A stretch of 18,325 bases of DNA from Archangium sp. (GCA_031367385.1 JANLPS010000422.1:1-18325); one strand, 5' to 3'; positions 1 to 7,634 are shown, numbered from the stretch's first letter. Numbers and translations: made by a program. The notes: generated by a model not told the origin, from the letters alone.

Positions 1-26
1 CGAAGCTCGTGCGCGCGCTGCTGTAA
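1..26 (+). CDS. Probable 3' end of an upstream gene (…KLVRALL*), partial
   Basis: The frame starting at nt 3 reads AAG CTC GTG CGC GCG CTG CTG TAA with G/C at every third position, followed by a structured intergenic region. Too short to identify. Confidence 0.4.
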
Positions 27-51
27 GACGCACACTCCTGTGAGCGAGCCC

Positions 52-124
52 AACTCTCATGGTGGGCTTGTCGAACCATGGGAAACGGTGCCCGGTTCGT
101 GGTTCGACGCTCACCATGAGAGTT
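52..124. repeat. Long imperfect inverted repeat / hairpin (about 25-bp stem)
   Basis: AACTCTCATGGTGGGC (52-67) pairs with GCTCACCATGAGAGTT (109-124) with one G-T pair. After a 2-nt bulge, GTCGAACCA (70-78) pairs perfectly with TGGTTCGAC (100-108). Confidence 0.9.
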
Positions 125-151
125 CTTCGTTTACGGAGAGGGCAACGAAGA
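124..151. terminator. Second hairpin, possible terminator or 3' stabiliser for the minus-strand radical SAM operon
   Basis: TCTTCGTT (124-131) and AACGAAGA (144-151) form an 8-bp stem with a 12-nt loop, 4 nt past the stop at 156. There is no clear U-tract. Confidence 0.4.
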
Positions 152-155
152 GAGC

Positions 156-356
156 TCACTCGCCCAGCAACGATTGCAGCGTCTTCAACGCGGCCTCGGC
201 ACGGGCGATCGCCTTGAGCTGCTTTCGCTTCAGCACCGCCAAAGAGCCCCCGCACAACGGGCACGTCTGCGCCTGCGGGTAGATGTGCCGATTACACCCC
301 GGGCACCGCGTCAGCTGCGGAGGCAGCCGCCCTTTGACCCTCGGCGCCGTGCTCAC
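156..356 (-). CDS. Small zinc-ribbon protein (CxxC-x10-CxxC) with a basic amphipathic C-terminal helix
   Basis: 66 aa with CPGCNRHIYPQAQTCPLC. Its GTG start overlaps the radical SAM TGA stop (GTGA, 353-356), which indicates translational coupling. Confidence 0.85.
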   Translation of the reverse strand: MSTAPRVKGRLPPQLTRCPGCNRHIYPQAQTCPLCGGSLAVLKRKQLKAIARAEAALKTLQSLLGE

Positions 357-1627
357 GGCAGCACCGGCAACCGCACCGCACGCCCCCGCGGAGGCCGAAG
401 CGTATTCGGCAACGCTGCTGGCAACGGTGCATCAATCGGCTCTTCAACCAGCCGAAACAGCCCTTGGTCGAAGGGCGTGCCCGGCGCGTCTTTCACCTTT
501 TCGACCCGCTCGCGCAGCCCCTCTTTTTCGAGCTCGAGCACCCGGTGGTGGCAGTACGGGTTGTTGCCCGGCTTGCCGAACATGACCGTCGTGGTCCACG
601 AGCAGCCGCCGCGGCAGACGTCGGCGTAGTAGCAGGTGCGGCATCGCCCCCAGAGCTCGTTGACGGTGCGGTCGCGGGTGAAGCTCAGCTCGGGTGACTT
701 GACCCAGATGTCTTCGATGGTCAGGTCGCGAATGTTGCCGCCGGTGTACCCGCTGGTCGGCAGCGAAGGGCACCCCTTCACCGTGCCGTCGGCCTCGAGG
801 CCAATCGTGTTCTGCCCGGCGTTGCAGCCAATCCAATGGCCTTTGCCGGTTTCTCCGCCGCGCCAGAGGTGCTCGTACGGCCCGAAATAGCCAATGTTGT
901 TGCCGGGTACCATCAGCAGGCCCTGCTCGAGACCCCGGTGATAGAGCGAGGCCAGCTGCGGGTAGAGCTCGAGGAGCTGGTAGGGCTGGAGCAGCAGCTC
1001 CGGGTGATCGACCGCGTTGCCCATCGCGACGGTGAGCTGCACCTGCCAGTGGGTCGAGCCGGCGTCGATGATGCTCTGCATCACCTCGGGTAGCTGCTTC
1101 CACGACAGGGCGCCGATTTGCGTGTTGTTGCCGACGGTGATGCCGTGGCGGCGCAGGCGCTCCATCGCTTCGAGGGCCGAGCGGTAGCTGCCTTGAACGC
1201 CGCGAATGCGATCGTGGGTCTCTTCGATGCCATCGATTGAAATCGACACGCCTTGCAGCCCAGCATCGGCCGCGGCTTTGACTCGATCTTCGGTGAAGTT
1301 GCGACCACCGCTGGTCATCGTCGAGTCCATCCCAGCGTCGCGAATGGCGCGAATCAGCCGCGTCCAGTCTTTGCGCAGGTAGGCCTCGCCTCCGATGATG
1401 GTGACTTCGCGGCACCCCAACGCCGCCAACTGGGCGACGACGTCGAGGGCCTCTTCGGTGCTCAGCTCGTCTTTACGGGCCGACCCGGCGCGCGAACCAC
1501 AGTGGTTGCAGGCCAGGTCGCATTTGAGCGTGATCTCCCAGACCGCGTAGACGGGCCGACACGTGCGCAAGTCATCATCGGTGACGAACCGCTTCACCGC
1601 TGGCGCATCGCTTATCGGCCCGAACAT
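353..1627 (-). CDS. Radical SAM/SPASM peptide or protein maturase, splicease-like (PlpX/PcpX; nif11-class maturase 3 / Y_X(10)_GDL-associated type)
   Basis: YAVWEITLKCDLACNHCGSRAG contains CxxxCxxC, and the GGE motif is present (IIGGEAYLRKDW). SPASM cysteines are seen in GCNAGQNTIGLEADGTVKGCPSL, CRTCYYADVCRGGCSW and NNPYCHHR. PGNNIGYFGPYE matches my recollection of this subfamily. Confidence 0.88.
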   Translation of the reverse strand: MFGPISDAPAVKRFVTDDDLRTCRPVYAVWEITLKCDLACNHCGSRAGSARKDELSTEEALDVVAQLAALGCREVTIIGGEAYLRKDWTRLIRAIRDAGMDSTMTSGGRNFTEDRVKAAADAGLQGVSISIDGIEETHDRIRGVQGSYRSALEAMERLRRHGITVGNNTQIGALSWKQLPEVMQSIIDAGSTHWQVQLTVAMGNAVDHPELLLQPYQLLELYPQLASLYHRGLEQGLLMVPGNNIGYFGPYEHLWRGGETGKGHWIGCNAGQNTIGLEADGTVKGCPSLPTSGYTGGNIRDLTIEDIWVKSPELSFTRDRTVNELWGRCRTCYYADVCRGGCSWTTTVMFGKPGNNPYCHHRVLELEKEGLRERVEKVKDAPGTPFDQGLFRLVEEPIDAPLPAALPNTLRPPRGRAVRLPVLP

Positions 1628-1631
1628 TCGG

Positions 1632-2171
1632 CTACCAGTTGGTGCCGACGGAGCCCAAGTCTTTGAGCGCGAGGTTCAGCGCCTTGACCGCCTTCTTCGC
1701 CTCGGTGGTGGCTTGCTTGTTCAGCTTGCCCGCCGCGATCGACGCCTCGATGGTGCTCAAGTTGGTCTCGATGCTGTCGCGAAAGCCCGAGAGGTCATCG
1801 CGCAAGACCACGCCGTACATCGGCATGATGCGAATCGGAGCGGGGCCCGGCAAGGGTCGTGAGGTCGGCAGCCCCGCGAGCACCGGCTTGAGCGAGTTGA
1901 TCGCCGACTGGAGATCTTTCGCCGCCGCCTTGGCGCGGGTCAGCTCGGTGCCTTGCAGCTTGCCGTCACGCGCGACTTCTTTCGCGTTCGGCTTGCCCTT
2001 GGCGATGTTGGCCTTGACCTGATCGAGCGCCACTTGAATGCCATTGCGCAGCGACCCGACCTGGTCGCGAATGAACACGCCGTACATCGGGCGAACAACG
2101 CCACCCGGGCGAGCAGGTTTCACGGGCTTCGCAACGGGTCTCGTCTCTTCGGTGCTTCGAACTGCGGCCAT
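1632..2171 (-). CDS. Two-repeat helical protein with two PMYGV motifs; putative splicease substrate (179 aa)
   Basis: The ATG at 2171 has GAGGGGG 6 nt upstream, so it is preferred over the TTG at 2186. The stop is 4 nt before the radical SAM ATG. The internal duplication has an 89-aa period. Y30 and Y119 are the only tyrosines. Confidence 0.8.
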   Translation of the reverse strand: MAAVRSTEETRPVAKPVKPARPGGVVRPMYGVFIRDQVGSLRNGIQVALDQVKANIAKGKPNAKEVARDGKLQGTELTRAKAAAKDLQSAINSLKPVLAGLPTSRPLPGPAPIRIMPMYGVVLRDDLSGFRDSIETNLSTIEASIAAGKLNKQATTEAKKAVKALNLALKDLGSVGTNW

Positions 2172-2206
2172 GTGGTGCCCCCTCAAGAGGTCCTGCGGTG
2201 TGCGAA

Positions 2207-2223
2207 TGACCTAAACCAGGTCA
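2207..2223. promoter_or_regulatory. Palindromic operator candidate TGACCT-N5-AGGTCA in a divergent promoter region
   Basis: Perfect 6-bp inverted repeat in the 95-bp gap between the divergent starts at 2171 (-) and 2267 (+). Confidence 0.45.
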
Positions 2224-2266
2224 GATTGTTCTGCCAAGGGGGGGAGGGCGAAGTAATTGACGATTC

Positions 2267-3679
2267 ATGGACAGACTGCTGCTGATTGAGGGCCGATGGG
2301 AGAAAAGCGCCTCGAATGCGTCGATTCTGGCGCCTTGGGACCAACGGGTTGTCGCACTCGCGGCACAGGCGTCTGCCGAGCAGGCCGAACGGGCCTTGGC
2401 GTTCGCGTCGGCGGGCCGGGGTCGCTTGGCCGCGCTCTCGGGTGGGCAGCGTCGAAAGGTGCTCGACGGCATCGTCGCTGGGCTGACCGCACGCGCAGAT
2501 GCGTTGGCGCAGGTCATCTGCCATGAGGCGGGCAAGCCGTTGACGGCGGCTCGGGGAGAAGTCGCCCGGGCGATCGAGACCTTTCGCCTGGCCTCGGCCA
2601 CCCTCGCCGGCTTCGGCGGCAGCGTGGTGCCAGTCGATCTCGCCGCGGGCGCTGAAGGCTCGGAGTGCGAGGTGCGGCGCTTTCCCGCTGGGGTGGTGGT
2701 GGGGGTGGTGCCCTTCAATTTCCCGCTGAACTTGGGCGCGCACAAGGTCGCTCCGGCGCTGGCCGTGGGCGCCCCGATCATCGTCAAGCCGCCTCCGCAA
2801 GCGCCGTCAGCGATGGGCATGCTGGCCGAGATCGCGCTCGCCGCCGGAGCAGACCCCGCTGCGATGCAGGTCATCTCGTGTGACAACACCGTCGCCGAGA
2901 AGCTCGCCACCGATGCCCGGGTGCGGGTGATGAGCTTCACCGGCAGCGCGAAGGTGGGTTGGCACTTGAAGGGCCTGGTCAAGGCCAAGGCGGTGCTCGA
3001 GCTCGGGGGCAATGCGGCGGCGATTGTCTGTGCCGACGCCGACCTCGAGAGAGCCGCCTCGAAGCTTGCGCTGGGTGCCTTCATTTACTCGGGGCAGGTG
3101 TGCATCAAGGTGCAGAGGGTCGTCGTCGAAGCCGCCGCGTGGGGTGCGTTCGTGCCGAAATTTCTGGCCGCCGTCGCCGCTTTGAAAGTCGGAGACCCCG
3201 CCAAAGAAGAGACCCAGGTCGGCCCGGTCATCGACGCGCGCTCAGCCGACCGCATTGAAGGGTGGGTCGACGAAGCGATCGCCGCTGGCGCGACCGTTTT
3301 GAAGCGGGGTTCGCGCAAGGGGCAGCTGATCGAGCCAATCGTGCTCACCGACGTGCCTCGAACCGCCAAGGCCTACGCCGAGGAGATCTTCGGGCCGGTG
3401 GTGTTGCTCGAAAAGGCCGCCGATTTTGCGAAGGCCCTCGAGGCGGTGAATGACTCGCAGTACGGGCTGCAAGCGGCCATTTTCACCAATGATTTGAAGA
3501 AAGTTCGCACCGCGTTTCACGAGCTCGAGGTCGGCGGGGTGATCGTCAACGACGCTCCGAGCTTTCGCTCAGACAACATGCCGTACGGCGGCGTGAAGGG
3601 CTCGGGCCTGGGCCGAGAAGGCGTTCGCTACGCGATGGAGGACTTCACCGAAGAACGGGTGCTCGTCTACCGGCCGTGA
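2267..3679 (+). CDS. NAD(P)+-dependent aldehyde dehydrogenase family protein
   Basis: Motifs PFNFP, IIVKP, FTGS, catalytic Glu in LELGGN, catalytic Cys in SGQVCI, EEIFGP and PYGGVKGSGLGREG; 470 aa. Substrate cannot be determined. Confidence 0.95.
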   Translation: MDRLLLIEGRWEKSASNASILAPWDQRVVALAAQASAEQAERALAFASAGRGRLAALSGGQRRKVLDGIVAGLTARADALAQVICHEAGKPLTAARGEVARAIETFRLASATLAGFGGSVVPVDLAAGAEGSECEVRRFPAGVVVGVVPFNFPLNLGAHKVAPALAVGAPIIVKPPPQAPSAMGMLAEIALAAGADPAAMQVISCDNTVAEKLATDARVRVMSFTGSAKVGWHLKGLVKAKAVLELGGNAAAIVCADADLERAASKLALGAFIYSGQVCIKVQRVVVEAAAWGAFVPKFLAAVAALKVGDPAKEETQVGPVIDARSADRIEGWVDEAIAAGATVLKRGSRKGQLIEPIVLTDVPRTAKAYAEEIFGPVVLLEKAADFAKALEAVNDSQYGLQAAIFTNDLKKVRTAFHELEVGGVIVNDAPSFRSDNMPYGGVKGSGLGREGVRYAMEDFTEERVLVYRP

Positions 3680-3682
3680 AGG

Positions 3683-6600
3683 TCACTGAATGAAGCGACC
3701 GGCCATGCGCCACTGGGTACCGTCGGTCTCTTGCCAGGTCAGAAACAGTTGGTCGTTGAACTGCGTGAAGCGGGGGAACGAGGCCAGCAAGAAATTCGGG
3801 AGCGTGGCGTTGTTCCATGATGTGTCCGTTCCTGGCTGGCACGGCACGGGGTTCAACTGGTGGGTGGTCAGATCGTAGAGGCCGAGCAGAATCTTGCCGG
3901 AGGGGAAGGGCTCTGCGTAGGCGACGAGCGCTGTCGAGCCCCAAGGCACCACATCAAACCCAGTGACCGCGGGCACGAGCTGCTGCTTGAAGGGCGTACC
4001 GACGTCGTCGACGCTGTTCGCCATCAGCTGGGTTGAACCTTGAGAGGTGAGCACGAGCGAGCGATCGCGCAGAGCAATGCCCCGCACCTTGTCTGAGGGG
4101 TTCGCCGAGACGGGGTCATTCATCCACCCCGAGCTGCCGTTGACGAAGCGCTTGACCTGCCCCGACGCGTCGGTGGCGACGACCGAGGGCTGACCTTTGA
4201 CGTGAAAGTCGAACATGGCGGTCGAGGTCATCGGTGAGTAGGAGTTGGTCATGTCGACCTTGAGCGGAGCGCTCCAGGTCTTACTCAGGCTGTTGAACGT
4301 CTGAGCCTCGAGGCCGGGCAAGGCGGTGGCGAGCAACGTGAGGGTCGTGCCATCGGTGCCGAGTGCGATGAATGCGGGAGTGTTGTTGATCGGTGCCCAG
4401 CTGCCCGAGTTCGGCGTGTACTCGAAGAGGCCGTTCGCCGGGTCGGTCTGCGAGAGCGCCGCGTAGCCGAGGGGGCCGACGGCGAAGACGGTGGTGCCGC
4501 TGACCGGTGTGGTGTTCGCGCCAGAGAAAGGCGTCAACGTGTTGAAGTCATTGACCGTGCACGGCTGCATGGTCATGCAGCTCGGGTCATAGGTCTGCAT
4601 CCACCACAGTGACCACCTGCCGTCAGACTCCACCTTGCGCCCGACGATCTGCTGCTGTTGGGTGTTGTAGTTGATCGACAGAAACCCGGGCCGGGGTTCT
4701 TGGGTTGAGCTGCCCCGGCTCCGAACGTGAGGGCTGCCTTGGGAGTTCACGTTGAACGTCCCATGCACGTCGGGTATCGCGAAGCCGTCCGTGGTCTTCA
4801 CTCCGGTGAGGGCCACGCCGATGGGCGGCTGGTTGAAGGGCAATGGCTTCGAAAATCGTACGAGCAGGGTGTGGCCATCGACGCCGACCTGCAGTGGGTC
4901 GCTGAACCCCGCGTCGAGCACCCCTGAGCCAGTGAGGGGCCGGTCGCAGCTGTAGAACAAGCCGATGGGCGAGATTCGCAAGTCGCACTTCGGCGGCGAC
5001 GCATTCGTGAACGTAAACCGGGTGTCTTGTCTGATCACCTCGTTGCCCTTGTAGTTGGCATGAAAGGTCACGGTGTAGTCGAGCGTCCCCGTGTTGAAGG
5101 GAGCCGGAAAGCTGACGGTCGTGCCGTTCGGCGTGCCGCTGAAGTTGATGCATGACTCGTTGACGCCCCCGTCGAACCCGGGCCCGGGGCAGGGCGGTGT
5201 CACGGTCCACGAGTAGGTGGCCAGGTTGAAGTCGCTGGGCGCGTTGGTGATGGTGGCCGTGAGGCTCATGGCCGCGCTCCCGTAGCTGGTCACCGGCTGC
5301 ACTGCGCTGCCCGAGGTGATCTTCACCGTCACCGAGAGGCCTCCTGGAGGGTCGATGAAGAGCGTCACCGTGGCGGGGTCGCTCAAAATGCCGAGGGTGG
5401 TCTCGACCTGCAGCGTGAGCACCATCGTGGTGAGCGACGTGACGACTGGCGCTGTGATGGCGAGGGTCGCGCTGTCAGTCGTGTCGATGTTCGCCGAAGG
5501 AGGGCCCGAGGTCTGATGCCACCGGTAGTGTGCGATGGCCTGCGAGTCGTTGCTCGTACTGGTGCTCGCGCTGAAGGTGGCCGGTTGGCCCGATTGCAAG
5601 CGAGCGGGTGAGGTGATGAGCGCGGTTGGTTTTTTGCCGACCAGCACGGTCACATGGGCCGGGCCGCTGGTCTGTTGGCGCGAATCGGTGACCGTCAAAT
5701 CGAAGTCGAGCTTCTGCACGGTGCCCGGCGCGGTGAATCGCGTTGTGCCTGCGACGCTCGAGTCGTTGGGCGAGAGCGCGACCTGCGGGCCGGTTGCCGT
5801 CTGCTTCCAGTGGTACACGAGTGGCTGCACGCCGCTTGAATCAATGCCGTTCAAGACCACCTGCGAGCCCGGGTCAGCGAACACCACGGGTGCCGAGACG
5901 CGGGCCATCAGAATCGAGTTGTCGATGAAGCCTCCGTCGACCTCGCCCAAATCGAGGCGCATCGGAGCGCCGAAGGTGACGGTGAGCACGCCGAGCTCGT
6001 TCTCGCCGGGGCCGACCAAGATGTTGGCGATTTTGAGCGAGCTCACGTCACTGCGCTCGACCCCCGCCTGGTAGAGCCCTGGCGCGAGCATGGGGAAGTT
6101 GAAGTGCCCCTCGCCGTCGGTGTCGGTGGCCCTCGCAATGCCGTTGAGCACCACCCGCACGTGCGCAGAGGCGAGGGGCATGCCAGTGTCGAGGCGCACC
6201 ACGCCGCTCAGGGTTGAAGGCCGAATGTCTCCCGGGGGTGAGGCCTCGAGTGACACGCTCGAAAGCCGCGCTTCTTGCCCGCCCGAGAGCGTCACTTCAC
6301 GGCTCTCGAGCAGGTAGCCGGGCCGGTAGATGCTCAGCTCAACGACGCCTTCGGCGAGGCCCTCGAGCAGAAAGCTGCCGTCATCGCCGGTGGTGGTCAG
6401 AAACGCAGTGCTGGCGACGAACACCGTGGTGCCCGAGTGCCCCGACGAGCCAGGGTGATCACCCAGCAAGACCTTGCCGCTGACGGCGGCGTTGCGGCCG
6501 AGTGAGACTTCGCCGAGCTCGACGTCGCGGCCGGGGCCTGCCTTGACCGCCTCGAAGTCGATCACCTTCTGGCGGTCGACCGTGCCGTCATGGTCGGAGT

Positions 6601-6877
6601 CGAAGGTGATCAGCGCCTGGCCAGACTTTTCGGTGATGCCTCCGATCAAGAAGCGGCCGGTCTCGCCGTTCGAGACGGTCTTGACCGAGCTGTTCATCAG
6701 CTGCACGGTAGCTCCGCCGGCAGGCCTCGAGCCGATGCGGCCCGGCACGGAGTACACCAGCGTACCTTGCAGCGTGCCCGGCCCCGGTGGAGGCGGCGGG
6801 TTGGGCACATCGAGGTCGAAGCAGCCGGTCAGCGACAGCACCGCGAGGGGCACCAGAACCTTCGAAAGCGTCGTCAT
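3683..6877 (-). CDS. Large surface lipoprotein with carboxypeptidase-regulatory-like (transthyretin-fold) repeats, PKD/Ig-like domains and a beta-rich C-terminal region
   Basis: Signal peptide ending in the lipobox LSLTG-C, then a proline linker. Repeats of GTLQGTL/VSGKVLL/LSGVVRL…TxxxGxFxxxxLxxG. Two PKD-like units (LVYHWKQTATGP, AHYRWHQTSGP). A GGAG-like RBS lies upstream; 1064 aa. Confidence 0.8.
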   Translation of the reverse strand: MTTLSKVLVPLAVLSLTGCFDLDVPNPPPPPGPGTLQGTLVYSVPGRIGSRPAGGATVQLMNSSVKTVSNGETGRFLIGGITEKSGQALITFDSDHDGTVDRQKVIDFEAVKAGPGRDVELGEVSLGRNAAVSGKVLLGDHPGSSGHSGTTVFVASTAFLTTTGDDGSFLLEGLAEGVVELSIYRPGYLLESREVTLSGGQEARLSSVSLEASPPGDIRPSTLSGVVRLDTGMPLASAHVRVVLNGIARATDTDGEGHFNFPMLAPGLYQAGVERSDVSSLKIANILVGPGENELGVLTVTFGAPMRLDLGEVDGGFIDNSILMARVSAPVVFADPGSQVVLNGIDSSGVQPLVYHWKQTATGPQVALSPNDSSVAGTTRFTAPGTVQKLDFDLTVTDSRQQTSGPAHVTVLVGKKPTALITSPARLQSGQPATFSASTSTSNDSQAIAHYRWHQTSGPPSANIDTTDSATLAITAPVVTSLTTMVLTLQVETTLGILSDPATVTLFIDPPGGLSVTVKITSGSAVQPVTSYGSAAMSLTATITNAPSDFNLATYSWTVTPPCPGPGFDGGVNESCINFSGTPNGTTVSFPAPFNTGTLDYTVTFHANYKGNEVIRQDTRFTFTNASPPKCDLRISPIGLFYSCDRPLTGSGVLDAGFSDPLQVGVDGHTLLVRFSKPLPFNQPPIGVALTGVKTTDGFAIPDVHGTFNVNSQGSPHVRSRGSSTQEPRPGFLSINYNTQQQQIVGRKVESDGRWSLWWMQTYDPSCMTMQPCTVNDFNTLTPFSGANTTPVSGTTVFAVGPLGYAALSQTDPANGLFEYTPNSGSWAPINNTPAFIALGTDGTTLTLLATALPGLEAQTFNSLSKTWSAPLKVDMTNSYSPMTSTAMFDFHVKGQPSVVATDASGQVKRFVNGSSGWMNDPVSANPSDKVRGIALRDRSLVLTSQGSTQLMANSVDDVGTPFKQQLVPAVTGFDVVPWGSTALVAYAEPFPSGKILLGLYDLTTHQLNPVPCQPGTDTSWNNATLPNFLLASFPRFTQFNDQLFLTWQETDGTQWRMAGRFIQ

Positions 6878-6950
6878 TTCAGGGGGCTCCCAACTGATGA
6901 GGCAGGCGATATTCGGTTCTGGGCCAAGCTTCAGGCATGATGCGAGCTTC

Positions 6951-7634
6951 GTGAAGATTTCGACGCAAGCCCCTTCGACCTCGCTCTCGACCTCGATGGG
7001 CCAGTCGGCCTCGATGCCGAAGTCGATCGGGGGTCAGCAAAGCATCGACGTGGTGCTGTTCGGTAAGAAACCGGCGCGCCTGGTCGACCCGCGCCGCTTT
7101 CCCCACCTGCGCAAGGCGATGCGAAAGCTGGGCATGGCCAAAGACCAATTGGCTGACGTGCTGGGCGTGAGCGAGAACACCTTCACGGTGGCGTTGGCCG
7201 AGGGTGAGAACGCCAGCATCAACCGAGACGGGCAGATCGCCTTCGGCTTCGGTTTGCTCGAAAAGCACGAGCGAGATGATGCCTTGTTGGTGGCAGTGAT
7301 GGCGCACGAAATCGGCCACCAACCGTGGAAATGGCCGAAGGGTGACATGTCGCACCTCACTAAGAAGGCCATCGATTCAATCTCACGCGAAGAAGAGGCC
7401 CGCGCCGATCGCTTCGCCGGGAGAGCCTTGGCGGACCTGGCGGTGTCACCAGACCCGATTTGCGATTTCTTGCTCGCGCACGGCAAGTTCGAGAAGCACC
7501 CGCCGGCTGATTATTACCCGGCCGAGGAGCGCGTTCAGATGATTCAGGCCGCGTTCACCAAGCGGCGCCGTGCGTTGACCACGGCCGCGCACTTGAGCCC
7601 GCGGGCGTTGGAGCGACAGCGGCAGTTGCGATGA
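6951..7634 (+). CDS. M48-like zinc metalloprotease (HExxH), start uncertain
   Basis: ENASIN, LLVAVMAHEIGH and SREEEARADRFAG (third zinc ligand, ExxAD). The listed ORF start at 6474 overlaps the lipoprotein gene, so the GTG at 6951 (MKISTQ…) or the ATG at 6897 is more plausible. Confidence 0.75.
   Translation: MKISTQAPSTSLSTSMGQSASMPKSIGGQQSIDVVLFGKKPARLVDPRRFPHLRKAMRKLGMAKDQLADVLGVSENTFTVALAEGENASINRDGQIAFGFGLLEKHERDDALLVAVMAHEIGHQPWKWPKGDMSHLTKKAIDSISREEEARADRFAGRALADLAVSPDPICDFLLAHGKFEKHPPADYYPAEERVQMIQAAFTKRRRALTTAAHLSPRALERQRQLR

Noticed and set aside
40..159. Retron msr/msd RNA or CRISPR repeat
   Set aside because: No reverse transcriptase or cas gene is in the window, the closing repeat is only 6 bp, and there is no repeat-spacer periodicity.
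353..1627. Annotation as PqqE or a NirJ/Ahb heme biosynthesis enzyme
   Set aside because: No pqq, nir or ahb genes are adjacent. The subfamily motifs and the neighbouring MYG protein fit a splicease-type maturase better.
2267..3679. Aldehyde dehydrogenase as part of the splicease pathway (by-product detoxification)
   Set aside because: Only adjacency supports it. It is divergently transcribed and looks like an ordinary ALDH, so conserved synteny would be needed.
6474..6950. N-terminal extension of the 386-aa ORF
   Set aside because: It is mostly antisense to the lipoprotein's signal peptide and first domain, and has no protease-like features.
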